Positions 9,543 to 19,075 of a stretch of DNA of 43,584 nt are shown here, in pieces. Every line of letters starts with the position of its first letter. Positions within the stretch are counted from its first letter, which is position 1. Source of the stretch: a virus (taxonomy: Duplodnaviria > Caudoviricetes); the IMG/VR virus record IMGVR_UViG_3300020045_018745, positions 1 to 43,584 of that record; one strand, 5' to 3'. The translations under genes and the position numbers were made by a program. The notes beneath the pieces were generated by a model. The model was not told the DNA's origin, searched no databases, and worked only from the letters and a program-made list of their open reading frames with translations.

Positions 9543-10766
9543 ATGATCAATCACTACATATACGGCGGAATCGTTCAGCTTTCGGGCGATAAAGTTGAAA
9601 TAGAAGTAACCAACGATGACCTGAAAGGCGAATCACCCAGGGCGCTGCTGAAGGCAATCAGCACCGATGGCGCTGTGGCCGGTGGCCCGTTCATCGACTC
9701 AAAGCCCTGGTCACCGCTCTCTGAGCCTGTCGAAGGCAATGGTATGGCCATCTTCGATTTTTCAGAATACCTCGATGCACCTGTTGACTACGGGTTTACA
9801 TTCCCGTATGGAGAATCATTTGCGGTAAAACATCCGTTGCGAGCTTTCGACATCGATATACTGGCAGGAGCCAGCTACATCGACAATGTTCCGGCCAGCG
9901 CAACATTCGGCAAAAAAATAGAACAGTGGCAAGATGTGGCCAATGCCGTATCTATCCGAATCCTGAAGGGAGGCATGAGCCAGGACAGGCAGGGGCAATA
10001 CCATGAAGCAGGTACTAACTTTTATCAGGATTTTATACTGGGAAACAAGTTTTTGACCCACCGGCCAAACAATCAGCGAATAGCTTACAATCAGCCAGTA
10101 CGTTTGTGGTATTTGCTGCCCGAAACCGAAGCTGTAACCCGTGCCTTATATGTGTCTTACAAGTTGCCAGATGGTGAAATAGTGAATACAATGCGACTTA
10201 TTACGCTCGAGCCCGATGGTTTGTACGAATTTATACTCGATCCGGGGCATTGGAATTTACCGGCCAACACCACAGAATTCAGCGTTTTTCAGTTGGAGAA
10301 CATTGAAGGTTCGTATCTTACGCTTATAGGAGAGCCGCGAACCTTCATCATCGATTCAACTTACTACGAAAACAATACCTTCCTGTTTTTCACCAACTCG
10401 CTGGCCGGCATCGACGATGCATGGCTGACTGGAGCCGTTAAAATGGGACTCAACATTGAAGGAGAAACCGGACTGCAAACTCTCGGCAGGTCTGCAAAAA
10501 CCCGCGACCGGTCGGTAGTAGTTACATCGAAAAGCGGTTCCCGCAAATGGTCCATCTTCCCAGGTAACCGGCTCAATGTTGCAGAAATGGAATCACTACA
10601 GGATCTGCTGTACTCAAAATTTATCTGGATAGTGTGGAACGGCAAAACCATACCCGTGAACCTCGAAAATGGAGAATTTGAACTCACCGACACCATGCGC
10701 GATCTGATTATTAACAACGAATTGGAGTTGGTATTCACCGAAGCTCATCTAAACAATCATTTTTAG
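9543..10766 (+). CDS. Tail protein (distal tail/baseplate-like)
   Basis: 407 aa, first gene after the tape measure. Confidence 0.55.
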   Translation: MINHYIYGGIVQLSGDKVEIEVTNDDLKGESPRALLKAISTDGAVAGGPFIDSKPWSPLSEPVEGNGMAIFDFSEYLDAPVDYGFTFPYGESFAVKHPLRAFDIDILAGASYIDNVPASATFGKKIEQWQDVANAVSIRILKGGMSQDRQGQYHEAGTNFYQDFILGNKFLTHRPNNQRIAYNQPVRLWYLLPETEAVTRALYVSYKLPDGEIVNTMRLITLEPDGLYEFILDPGHWNLPANTTEFSVFQLENIEGSYLTLIGEPRTFIIDSTYYENNTFLFFTNSLAGIDDAWLTGAVKMGLNIEGETGLQTLGRSAKTRDRSVVVTSKSGSRKWSIFPGNRLNVAEMESLQDLLYSKFIWIVWNGKTIPVNLENGEFELTDTMRDLIINNELELVFTEAHLNNHF

Positions 10767-10769
10767 GCT

Positions 10770-13115
10770 ATGGACGAACTTCAGAAACTGCTAAAAACCA
10801 TTCGTGGGGTAAGCCGAAACAACCCGGTAACGCAATTGATACTTTCTGAAATCATACGGAAGTTGTGGCGGACGAAACTTGGCCTGTACGACGAAAAATA
10901 CAATTCAGATCCCGAAACCTGGCTCCGTAACGAGTTTGCTGAAGACCTCGAATTCGGCCAAGCCCTTGGCCAAGCCAACCTCATTGAAGGCAACCGCTCT
11001 GCTGCAATAGGCGAAGGAAACATTACCCGTGCCTTTCGCGAAATAGTTACCGGCAGTTATGCCACCGATTTTGCCGGAACTCCTGACAGTTGGGTAGCAA
11101 CCGACCGACATTGGGAGTTGGGCAATGGCACCGATGCCGACCACCGTAGTTATGCAGCGCGTACCTACAAGAGCGGATACACACACCTTAACAATGCCCT
11201 ACGTATTGGCGAATATTCGTTGGGTGCAAGCCTGTCCGATGCCGGAACTCTTCAGTATAAAAACGGGTATTTTGAAGGGTATAAATTAGCGAAATGGAAT
11301 AAGATTGCCTTAACTGCCGATGATCTGGCCAATAAGGACATTCTTTATTATGATGCGACAAACGAACGACTGGCACGCACCGGTTACGCATACGACAGCA
11401 TCGCACTTTCGGCTAATCATTACACCAAAACCGAAGCGGATGCAAAATATGTAGTTCGCCCAATTTCCTCCACCGACAACGCAATCACAAGATTTAACGG
11501 TATCACTGGGGCAGTGAAAAACAGCTTAGTCACTATTAATGATGCCGGATCGGTAAATATCCCAACCGGGCAAACGTATCAGGTAAATGGTGTTCAGATT
11601 AGTTCAGCAAATTTGAGCAATGATGCTAACATAACAAAGTATGATGCAGTTACTAAAACTTTTACTGGAGAAGGTGTTACGACAATGGCTGGTACTGCAA
11701 CAATTGCAAAGTCTTCAACAGTTGGCGGTCTTCAAGTTTCGGGAACTGCTGGATTTCCTGTGTTCCGTGTTGTAAATACAAATGCAACACAAGGTGACGG
11801 GGTGACTACTTATAATTTTTCGGGATTAAGATTAGAGGCTGGAAATTCGGCAGTCGTATCTCAGATAATACAATCGTACAATCTCGGTGCTCAGGGCGAT
11901 GGTTTACAGATAAGAACCGTCACGAACAATCCTATATTTTTCTGGACGAATAATGCACGAAGAGCATTTCTTTCAGGAGTTGGAAACTTTGTTATTAATA
12001 GTTTGATTGACAATACAGTTGATAAGCTTCAGGTTACGGGCTCGATTCAAGCCACAACCGCAAAATTCACGAATCTAACTGATGGGTATATCCCTTACCA
12101 TATTAGTGATGCAAGCGGGCTGGGGAATAGTTTGATGTCACAAAATTCAAATGGAATAGGTATAGGTACAGAAGCAGAATCTAAGCTAACTATTCAACCA
12201 ACGGCTTCTTCTGGTGGCGTATTGGTAAAGAGAATTGGCGATGGGACAGGTGCGGTAACCTGGGGATTCGCATTACAAAATAGTGCCGCGTCGGATCAAT
12301 TAATAATAGGGCAAACGGGAGGAAGTTTTGCAGGAGCTATTTCTGCGTGGACGGGTGTTAATAATTCATTTATTTATTACCCAACCACATTAAGGATTGG
12401 CGTTGGGGCTGGATCAACCGCAACTTTAGCGTTAACCAGTACTGGAAAAGTTGGGGTTGGCACTAATACCCCCTTATCTACATCAAAGCTTGATGTTAAC
12501 GGTGAATATGCAAAACAAGGCACATTATTATTCCTCGATCCCTTCAAATCAGACTCCTCCGGTGCAGTAGGCACTATCCTTGCAGGAGCAGGGGCTAGTA
12601 CTACCCACGTTTGGAAAACGTTAGCAGATGCAGGGATTGAACCTGCAATTACAAAAAGTACGGGTTTTGCAAAGTGGACTGGCTCTGCGTGGGCGTTTGA
12701 TACTTCAACCTATTTGACAGCCATTACAAAATCGATGGTCGAAAGTGTGTTGACGGGTGCAATTACAAGCCATAGTCACACCTTCGCCGGAATGGTAGAT
12801 GATATTTCCTTCGAATTTCGTGATGTAGTTGCCGGTGCTCAGTCCTGGGATTTGGATATTAAGGCCGTGTTTGGGTATACAATCGAATCGGCCATACTCG
12901 AAACCGATGCCGGAACTATAACAGGGGTAGCGATTAAGATTGGAGCCACAGCGGTTACATCACTATCATCCCTCACAGTTGATACTTCAGTTGACGAAAC
13001 TGCCAGTACAGCCGCAAAAACGGTGGTATCAGGCGACAGGATTACTATTAGTAAAACAGGTGAAAGTGGAACGCCTACCACAATCAGAGGGAAAATTAAA
13101 ATAATCAGAACGTAA
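10770..13115 (+). CDS. Tail fibre/receptor-binding protein
   Basis: 781 aa Gly/Thr/Ser-rich, with beta repeats GIGIGT and GKVGVGTNTP and a STDNAITRFNG motif. Confidence 0.8.
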   Translation: MDELQKLLKTIRGVSRNNPVTQLILSEIIRKLWRTKLGLYDEKYNSDPETWLRNEFAEDLEFGQALGQANLIEGNRSAAIGEGNITRAFREIVTGSYATDFAGTPDSWVATDRHWELGNGTDADHRSYAARTYKSGYTHLNNALRIGEYSLGASLSDAGTLQYKNGYFEGYKLAKWNKIALTADDLANKDILYYDATNERLARTGYAYDSIALSANHYTKTEADAKYVVRPISSTDNAITRFNGITGAVKNSLVTINDAGSVNIPTGQTYQVNGVQISSANLSNDANITKYDAVTKTFTGEGVTTMAGTATIAKSSTVGGLQVSGTAGFPVFRVVNTNATQGDGVTTYNFSGLRLEAGNSAVVSQIIQSYNLGAQGDGLQIRTVTNNPIFFWTNNARRAFLSGVGNFVINSLIDNTVDKLQVTGSIQATTAKFTNLTDGYIPYHISDASGLGNSLMSQNSNGIGIGTEAESKLTIQPTASSGGVLVKRIGDGTGAVTWGFALQNSAASDQLIIGQTGGSFAGAISAWTGVNNSFIYYPTTLRIGVGAGSTATLALTSTGKVGVGTNTPLSTSKLDVNGEYAKQGTLLFLDPFKSDSSGAVGTILAGAGASTTHVWKTLADAGIEPAITKSTGFAKWTGSAWAFDTSTYLTAITKSMVESVLTGAITSHSHTFAGMVDDISFEFRDVVAGAQSWDLDIKAVFGYTIESAILETDAGTITGVAIKIGATAVTSLSSLTVDTSVDETASTAAKTVVSGDRITISKTGESGTPTTIRGKIKIIRT

Positions 13116-13771
13116 TGGGACGGATACTTTACATACCTACGAAAAAACTCGATAAAGACTACGGACTATTATATAATTTCTGGTGTAGTGCCGGAATTGC
13201 ACCCGCGGGATGGACTATAGGAACTGATGCAGAATGGACGACTATGGTTAATACATTAGGGGGAGATTATTCAGGAGGGCACGCAAAACTGGCCGGGTAC
13301 ACTCATTGGACGACTCCCAACACAGGAGCTGATAATAGTTCAGGATTCAACGCAAAAGGAGCTGGATACAGGGATGCAGTTTCCGGGATTGCATCAAACC
13401 TGATGGGGTTGGCTGTATTCAGAACATCAACACCACTAAGTTCATCGTTTTTAACTACAACAAGAGATAGAACTCTTTACTACGATCGTACAGACTATTT
13501 TAGGAATGCTCACGGTCCTAAATTTGGTTATTCATTGCGCATGTTGATGACTGATCCTTCAGGCTGGCAGGTTGGTGATACAGTGACCGACTATGATGGA
13601 AATGTTTATCAACTCGTAAAAATTGGCGACCAAGTATGGACAGCATCAAACTGGAAATGTAAACACCTTGCTGATGGGACTCCAATACCTTATATAGATA
13701 ATAACGCATCATGGGCAGCAGCTACCGATATGGCTTATTGCTACCCGAATAACGATCCGGCAAATTTTTAA
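13115..13771 (+). CDS. Fib_succ_major (FISUMP)-like domain protein, circularly permuted
   Basis: Motifs YGLLYN.W, P.GW..T.AEW, W..PNTGADNSSGF.A..AGYR and GYSLR, followed by TDYDGNVY..VKIGDQVW. Confidence 0.8.
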   Translation: MGRILYIPTKKLDKDYGLLYNFWCSAGIAPAGWTIGTDAEWTTMVNTLGGDYSGGHAKLAGYTHWTTPNTGADNSSGFNAKGAGYRDAVSGIASNLMGLAVFRTSTPLSSSFLTTTRDRTLYYDRTDYFRNAHGPKFGYSLRMLMTDPSGWQVGDTVTDYDGNVYQLVKIGDQVWTASNWKCKHLADGTPIPYIDNNASWAAATDMAYCYPNNDPANF

Positions 13772-13791
13772 TTAACTTATAATTATACATC

Positions 13792-14070
13792 ATGTTCAAC
13801 TCATTAAAATTATCAAAAGTCCTGAATTGTCAGGGCGAAATCACAGTAGCCGGGAAACCCGTTCAGGCCACAATTACACCTGATTATGCGACCGCCACGG
13901 CAGTAATCGACGAAGCACATTCAAGTTCAATCAACATTCACTTGAATGTGAAGACCGGAACTTTCAACAGTTCTAAAAACAACATTGCCGATCCTGAACA
14001 GGGCAATTCTGTTGAAGTAGAATTAATTGCTGCTCTGAAAGCTGCGATCGAAGAAATGGAAAACATTTAA
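13792..14070 (+). CDS. Hypothetical tail-region protein
   Basis: 92 aa ORF in the operon. Confidence 0.55.
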   Translation: MFNSLKLSKVLNCQGEITVAGKPVQATITPDYATATAVIDEAHSSSINIHLNVKTGTFNSSKNNIADPEQGNSVEVELIAALKAAIEEMENI

Positions 14071-14081
14071 TACTCAAAAGT

Positions 14082-14537
14082 ATGAAACTTAAAAACCAAG
14101 AAATTGCCAGAATCATCGCCGGGCTTGAAAAAGTTACCGGCTTAAAAAACTTCACAAAAGTGATCACATTAGGGCGCGACATTCGTGCATTAAGATCGAA
14201 AGATGAAGACAGGAAAGAGTCTGAAAGACTTGCCAAACCTGCCAATTTTGACGAACTACTGAAAGAGTTCCAACAGCTGCAATCCGACAAGGCCAAAGAA
14301 TATGCGCTGAAGGAAGGAGAACTGTACAATGTTCGCCTGATAGCAGAACACGTGCTGCTTGAATGGCCGAGAGCTGCCGAATACCGGCTTGCGTCAGAAG
14401 AGTACGACAAAGCATTGATTGAAGTTGCCAATGCCGAAATTGACGTTGATCTTCACACTACCGCTTTCAGCATTGAAGACTTCAAGGAAGTACCAACCGA
14501 CATGATAGTTGGTGAGTCGTTGAGCGTATTTGAATAG
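14082..14537 (+). CDS. Hypothetical protein (possible tail fibre chaperone)
   Basis: 151 aa, charged and helical; position. Confidence 0.45.
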   Translation: MKLKNQEIARIIAGLEKVTGLKNFTKVITLGRDIRALRSKDEDRKESERLAKPANFDELLKEFQQLQSDKAKEYALKEGELYNVRLIAEHVLLEWPRAAEYRLASEEYDKALIEVANAEIDVDLHTTAFSIEDFKEVPTDMIVGESLSVFE

Positions 14538-14591
14538 AGGCAAATCCGGGAAGTTCTTAAATAGTAAATGAATAAATAGTAAATCTAAGGT

Positions 14592-17408
14592 ATGTACACA
14601 CTCACAATCGGCAATCGTCAGTTAATTTTAGACAGCGACTTTAGTCCGTCGATGCTAATTAAAAACCCATGTTGGTGTTTCGACGAAATACCAGCACCGC
14701 TGTGCCTCGATGTTACTATACCCGATAACGATGTTAACCGCAACATATTAGGTTTTCCGGGCCGGTTTGCAAAAATGGCAAAAAGTAACGACCGCAAATT
14801 TCCGGGAGCAGAACTCCGATGGGGTGGTTTTCTATCCATTTACGGAACGCTGGTAGTAACTAATGCAAGCTCCGACGGTTATTCGGCTATTATACAGAGC
14901 GAACTGCGAACTCTTAGCGATGCGCAGCGCGAGAAGTTAATAGGCGACCACAACCTGCTTGGAGAGCTTACTTTCGAAAACAAACCGAATTACGACCCGG
15001 CTACAGACCTTTATTGCACAATTCGGCTGCAAAATGCTGGGTTTTGGCTCGATAAGGGCGAAATGGAGCCATGGACAAAAGTTACTAAAAATGGCGACGG
15101 AACTACTACTTCAGAAGAAACCGAACGCGAAGTTTTAACGCGAAAGTTCGACAGCACGGTTGAGTATATGGTTAACTTTTCCACTCAGTCTGGTGTAAAA
15201 ACATCGGCAGGCGAAAATGAAGTGGTGGTGGTGAGCCCGTACCCTTTTTTGAGCCGGTTAATAGAACTGCTGCTACGCGAGAATAAATTATTTTTACGTA
15301 ATTACTATCTCGACGAAAACGAAATACTGAAAATGTTGTGCCTTTACAACAACATTTCTATCTGTAAGTCTGAACAGGTAACGCAAACAATCCAAACAAC
15401 GTTGTATGATAAGTTTCACGTTCAAACCAGTTATGCCGGATCTGTAGCATACGTATATACTGTAGAGTCGCAATTGTGGGCTACCGACAAATTAAAACTT
15501 GCCAATCTGCTACCAAAAATGCAGCTGAACGAATTGTTGCTTTCAACACAAAACCTAACAAACACCTTTTTCCATTTATCAGGAATTAACGATGTTGACA
15601 ATATCGACCGCGAAGGCTTATTCGACCTGGAACCTTTTGATCTGTCGAAATACAGGGTTAGTCGTTGGTTGCCCGGAACCAGGCAAAACCTTTGCCTGAA
15701 ATTTTCGTTCGAACACGATTCTGATGATCAGGAGTTCAACGAAAACTTTACAGACATTAGCTCTCGCGAGGATGATATAAAAGAACCAGTTGAAGTTTAC
15801 GCTGCGCTGGCTGATCTAGCCGAAGTGCCTGAGATTGGAGAAATACGACTTGTTAAAGCGGAAGAAATGTATTACGAATACCGGCAAGAAGTAATCGACG
15901 ACAACAATGTGATTATGTGGGCTCCGTTTACAATCGATATTCAGGATTACCTATACAATCCCACGGGCGACGAAACCAAAGAAATTAAAACCATGTTTTC
16001 GACCTTGAGGATGCACGAAAGTGGACATCCTGTTGCTTATCAGAAAGGAAATAGCCGTCAGTTTTCACAATTTATCGAAAACTTTACTCCCAGGTTACTT
16101 TTTTATCACGGCAACAATACAGGAGGCTCTACTGCTACAAGCGGGCTTGCAATTAATTGGAAAAGCCTGGTCGAAAATCGTTATCGCCGTACAGCTGCAT
16201 TTTTAGCAAATGCGCTGCCGGTGCAAGCCGACTTTAGATTTCCGGGCAACATATTCTATAAAGTTCTGAATGAAATATACAATCCTTACTTAGATCGCGA
16301 AGGCTCATTTTTTATTGACGAAATGCAGATTTCGAACAACAACGATCAATACATTGATGCAACGCTCACCGTTTTCAAAAACGAAGACAATGAATTTCTG
16401 AAATCAAGCGAAACAGTTGAAGGCGGCGGAGAACATGTTGTTGGAGCGGCTTTTGTGCCGAAATTTGTAGGTGTTACCGAAACCGGGCACCCAATTCTGG
16501 TAAATGCCGAAGGACTAACACGGCCAATGCCTGTGTTTGGCGCGTTATCTGATGCCGATTATGCAAACTTCACTTGTATAGACTACTCCGCCGAGCATAA
16601 ATTATTGTTTGTTGGTGGTAATTCCGGTCAGTTGCACATTTGCGACTTATCCAACATGGAAAACATCCGCTATAAAACAATTCAGGTGCTGGATACCTGG
16701 AATATTGCAGGAGTAAGCATTGTAGATAACGGTGGATTATTCAATGTTATAATGATTAGCCCAGCCTACTCAAGCGCATGTTATGTGTTGCCATATCGGG
16801 CGCTATTCAACGATTATGCATCAGGTCAGGCCGTTTTGCTGCCAGCAGTGTTCGATCATGGAACCGGCCATGTGCGCAAATTCATGTATTTCAACAATTA
16901 TTACTATGCCATAACGCGTGACGGTGAAGTGTTTCGCACGGATAGTAATTTCAATATCTGGAATCAGCTTTGCGATATTGATGCCGAATTTATCGACATC
17001 TGTAAAACCAACAGCCGCATCTGGGTGGCCGAAGTGAATGACGACAATGTTTATGCAGAAATATCCAATCCAACGCAATTCATCCGCTTCGGACTAGCTG
17101 GATCCATCCGGCAAACAATACGCGCCATGCAGCCGCTGCTGGCCGATCAGCTACTATTTATGTGCAACGACGAAAACGCGTGCGTCTGGCTGCTCGATGG
17201 CGGCATATCAAACGCGAACATCACACCGTCAGCAATTACAAACGCCGGTGGAGCCTGTTTTGATGGCGTGAAATACGCCTACATCAGCGTAAAAGACAGC
17301 GCCGGTTACACCAAAATAGCCCGCTATAACGCCAACCTTCAGCCACCAGAAACGGTTTGGAGCTATTTGAATGTAAGCACATTCTTCACAAAGTTGTTTT
17401 TGTATTAG
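14592..17408 (+). CDS. Tail tip/hub protein with probable C-terminal beta-propeller
   Basis: 938 aa; C-terminal about 320 aa of short beta-strand repeats (LLFVGGNSGQLHICD, YYYAITRDGEVFRT). Confidence 0.6.
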   Translation: MYTLTIGNRQLILDSDFSPSMLIKNPCWCFDEIPAPLCLDVTIPDNDVNRNILGFPGRFAKMAKSNDRKFPGAELRWGGFLSIYGTLVVTNASSDGYSAIIQSELRTLSDAQREKLIGDHNLLGELTFENKPNYDPATDLYCTIRLQNAGFWLDKGEMEPWTKVTKNGDGTTTSEETEREVLTRKFDSTVEYMVNFSTQSGVKTSAGENEVVVVSPYPFLSRLIELLLRENKLFLRNYYLDENEILKMLCLYNNISICKSEQVTQTIQTTLYDKFHVQTSYAGSVAYVYTVESQLWATDKLKLANLLPKMQLNELLLSTQNLTNTFFHLSGINDVDNIDREGLFDLEPFDLSKYRVSRWLPGTRQNLCLKFSFEHDSDDQEFNENFTDISSREDDIKEPVEVYAALADLAEVPEIGEIRLVKAEEMYYEYRQEVIDDNNVIMWAPFTIDIQDYLYNPTGDETKEIKTMFSTLRMHESGHPVAYQKGNSRQFSQFIENFTPRLLFYHGNNTGGSTATSGLAINWKSLVENRYRRTAAFLANALPVQADFRFPGNIFYKVLNEIYNPYLDREGSFFIDEMQISNNNDQYIDATLTVFKNEDNEFLKSSETVEGGGEHVVGAAFVPKFVGVTETGHPILVNAEGLTRPMPVFGALSDADYANFTCIDYSAEHKLLFVGGNSGQLHICDLSNMENIRYKTIQVLDTWNIAGVSIVDNGGLFNVIMISPAYSSACYVLPYRALFNDYASGQAVLLPAVFDHGTGHVRKFMYFNNYYYAITRDGEVFRTDSNFNIWNQLCDIDAEFIDICKTNSRIWVAEVNDDNVYAEISNPTQFIRFGLAGSIRQTIRAMQPLLADQLLFMCNDENACVWLLDGGISNANITPSAITNAGGACFDGVKYAYISVKDSAGYTKIARYNANLQPPETVWSYLNVSTFFTKLFLY

Positions 17409-17420
17409 GCTTAGAACATT

Positions 17421-17455
17421 GTCCTTTCGGGGGGTATATCGAAAGGACATCTTTG
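17421..17455 (+). promoter_or_regulatory. Putative late promoter copy 3 (lysis cassette), overlapped by a 10-bp inverted repeat
   Basis: GTCCTTT-N24-TTTG; TGTCCTTTCG 17420-17429 pairs with CGAAAGGACA 17440-17449. Confidence 0.7.
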
Positions 17456-17468
17456 AAATAAAAACGCT

Positions 17469-17945
17469 ATGAAAGACATTTTATACGATGCGATGATCTG
17501 GCTTGATAAGCACATCGGCGACCTAATATGTAGCTGGCTAACAGCCGCCTTGTGCTATTTTCTTGAGATAAAAGGAGCAATCAACATCATGCTTGCCATT
17601 ATTTTCGCAGATCTGGCTTTTGGAATAGCCGCGTCGATCTGGTGCCGAAAAGAAAAGTTTAGCATGGAGAAATTCTTTATTGCAGTCGCAAGAGCTTTTG
17701 TTTTTACCGCATTCGTATCATTTCTATACGCGCTTGATAAAGAGACGCATCAGAAACTTGCAGCTACTTACTACATCGCAACTTGGTTAATTTCAGGAGC
17801 TTATTTGTGGAGTTTCCTGAAAAATACAGATGAAGTTTTTGGAGGCAAGGTAATCAAGCTACTTCAATCATTCGTGCAAAAAACCGTTCAGGAAAAAACA
17901 GGCATGGACATTTCAGATAAGGAGGTCGAAAATGGCAGACTTTAA
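17469..17945 (+). CDS. Holin
   Basis: 158 aa, 3-4 hydrophobic segments, charged C-terminus, directly upstream of the endolysin. Confidence 0.75.
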   Translation: MKDILYDAMIWLDKHIGDLICSWLTAALCYFLEIKGAINIMLAIIFADLAFGIAASIWCRKEKFSMEKFFIAVARAFVFTAFVSFLYALDKETHQKLAATYYIATWLISGAYLWSFLKNTDEVFGGKVIKLLQSFVQKTVQEKTGMDISDKEVENGRL

Positions 17946-18468
17946 ACAAGCATACGATTTGATGATTGCCCATGAGGGCGGGTACGTCAATGATCCCGCC
18001 GATCCGGGAGGCGAAACATACAAGGGTGTTGCCCGCAAAATGCATAGTAAATGGTTAGGCTGGCACATCATAGATTTACTGAAGCGTCAATCCGGATTCC
18101 CGTCTAATCTCGATGCACATGCAGAATTACAGGGCGAAATCTCATTATTTTACGAGGGACAATTTTGGGACACCTTAAAAGCAGATGATATTACTGATCA
18201 GGAAATAGCCAACACTATTTTTGACTTTGGCGTAAATGCCGGAATTGCGACTACCGCATCGCTGGCTCAAATGATTGTAGGTGTGAAAGCCGATGGCGTT
18301 ATTGGTCCGAAATCCATCGCAGCAATCAACGCATTCAATCCGTCGCATTTCCTTGCAGCGTTCACAGTTGCCAAGATTGCCCGCTACATTAATATCGTAA
18401 AAAAACGCCCCTCCAGCCGCAAATATTTTTATGGTTGGATCTGCCGGGCACTGGAGGTACAATCATGA
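17932..18468 (+). CDS. Endolysin, glycoside hydrolase family 108 with peptidoglycan-binding domain
   Basis: HEGGYVNDPADPGGETYKGV, FDFGVNAG, DGVIGPKS and GWI.R motifs. Confidence 0.92.
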   Translation: MADFKQAYDLMIAHEGGYVNDPADPGGETYKGVARKMHSKWLGWHIIDLLKRQSGFPSNLDAHAELQGEISLFYEGQFWDTLKADDITDQEIANTIFDFGVNAGIATTASLAQMIVGVKADGVIGPKSIAAINAFNPSHFLAAFTVAKIARYINIVKKRPSSRKYFYGWICRALEVQS

Positions 18469-18944
18469 GCATATTGTCACAGATATTTTCGTCAGGAGCC
18501 AGCACGCTGGTCGAATCGGTTGGCAAAGTGCTCGACAATGTAATTACGACGAAAGACGAGAAAATGCAGCTCGAAAATGAGATTCGCAAATCAGAGATTC
18601 AATACAATCTTGAAATGCGAAAACTCGACGTTGAAGAACGCCGCATGATGATAGAAGATACCGGTAACGCCCGCAATCGTGAGGTTCAGATAGCGCAAAG
18701 CGAACACGCCACGAAGCTGGCAAAAAACATCACCCCATACCTGGCGCTTGGAACCACCATCCTTACAATCGTACTGTTCTATTTTATGATTTTCTCAAAA
18801 CAGCAGTTACCACCAGATAAAAAGGACATCATTCTCTATGTTTTGGGAGTACTGAGCGCTGTGCTCACGCAGATTTACAGCTATTACTTTGGATCCAGCG
18901 CCGGAAGTGCCGCAAAACAAAAAACAATCGAAGGGATGAAATAA
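18465..18944 (+). CDS. Second holin-like membrane protein (GTA 3TM-holin-like)
   Basis: Start reassigned to ATG 18465 (ATGA overlap); N-terminal amphipathic helix, coiled coil, two TM segments, YYFGSS motif. Confidence 0.7.
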   Translation: MSILSQIFSSGASTLVESVGKVLDNVITTKDEKMQLENEIRKSEIQYNLEMRKLDVEERRMMIEDTGNARNREVQIAQSEHATKLAKNITPYLALGTTILTIVLFYFMIFSKQQLPPDKKDIILYVLGVLSAVLTQIYSYYFGSSAGSAAKQKTIEGMK

Positions 18945-18947
18945 TCT

Positions 18948-18982
18948 GTCCTTTTGCCTGCAGGTAAATTTCTGAAAATTTG
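18948..18982 (+). promoter_or_regulatory. Putative late promoter copy 4 (no downstream ORF)
   Basis: GTCCTTT-N24-TTTG. Confidence 0.6.
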
Positions 18983-19043
18983 AACCGCCTTTAAGTTGTT
19001 GATTCTATAAGTTTTATTGGTTTTTTAGTTTATTGGTTCCCCT

Positions 19044-19074
19044 CCCCTGTGCACGAGTTGCACGGGGGTTTTTT
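19044..19074 (+). terminator. Intrinsic terminator
   Basis: CCCCTGTGCA-CGAGT-TGCACGGGGG-TTTTTT. Confidence 0.8.
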
Positions 19075-19075
19075 A

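Noticed and set aside
10770-17408. Third DGR target in the tail genes
   Set aside because: No TR-like sequence or GTCGGCTCTCGCCTTTGC end was seen by eye in the fibre, Fib_succ_major-like or tail tip genes; a BLASTN-short search should confirm
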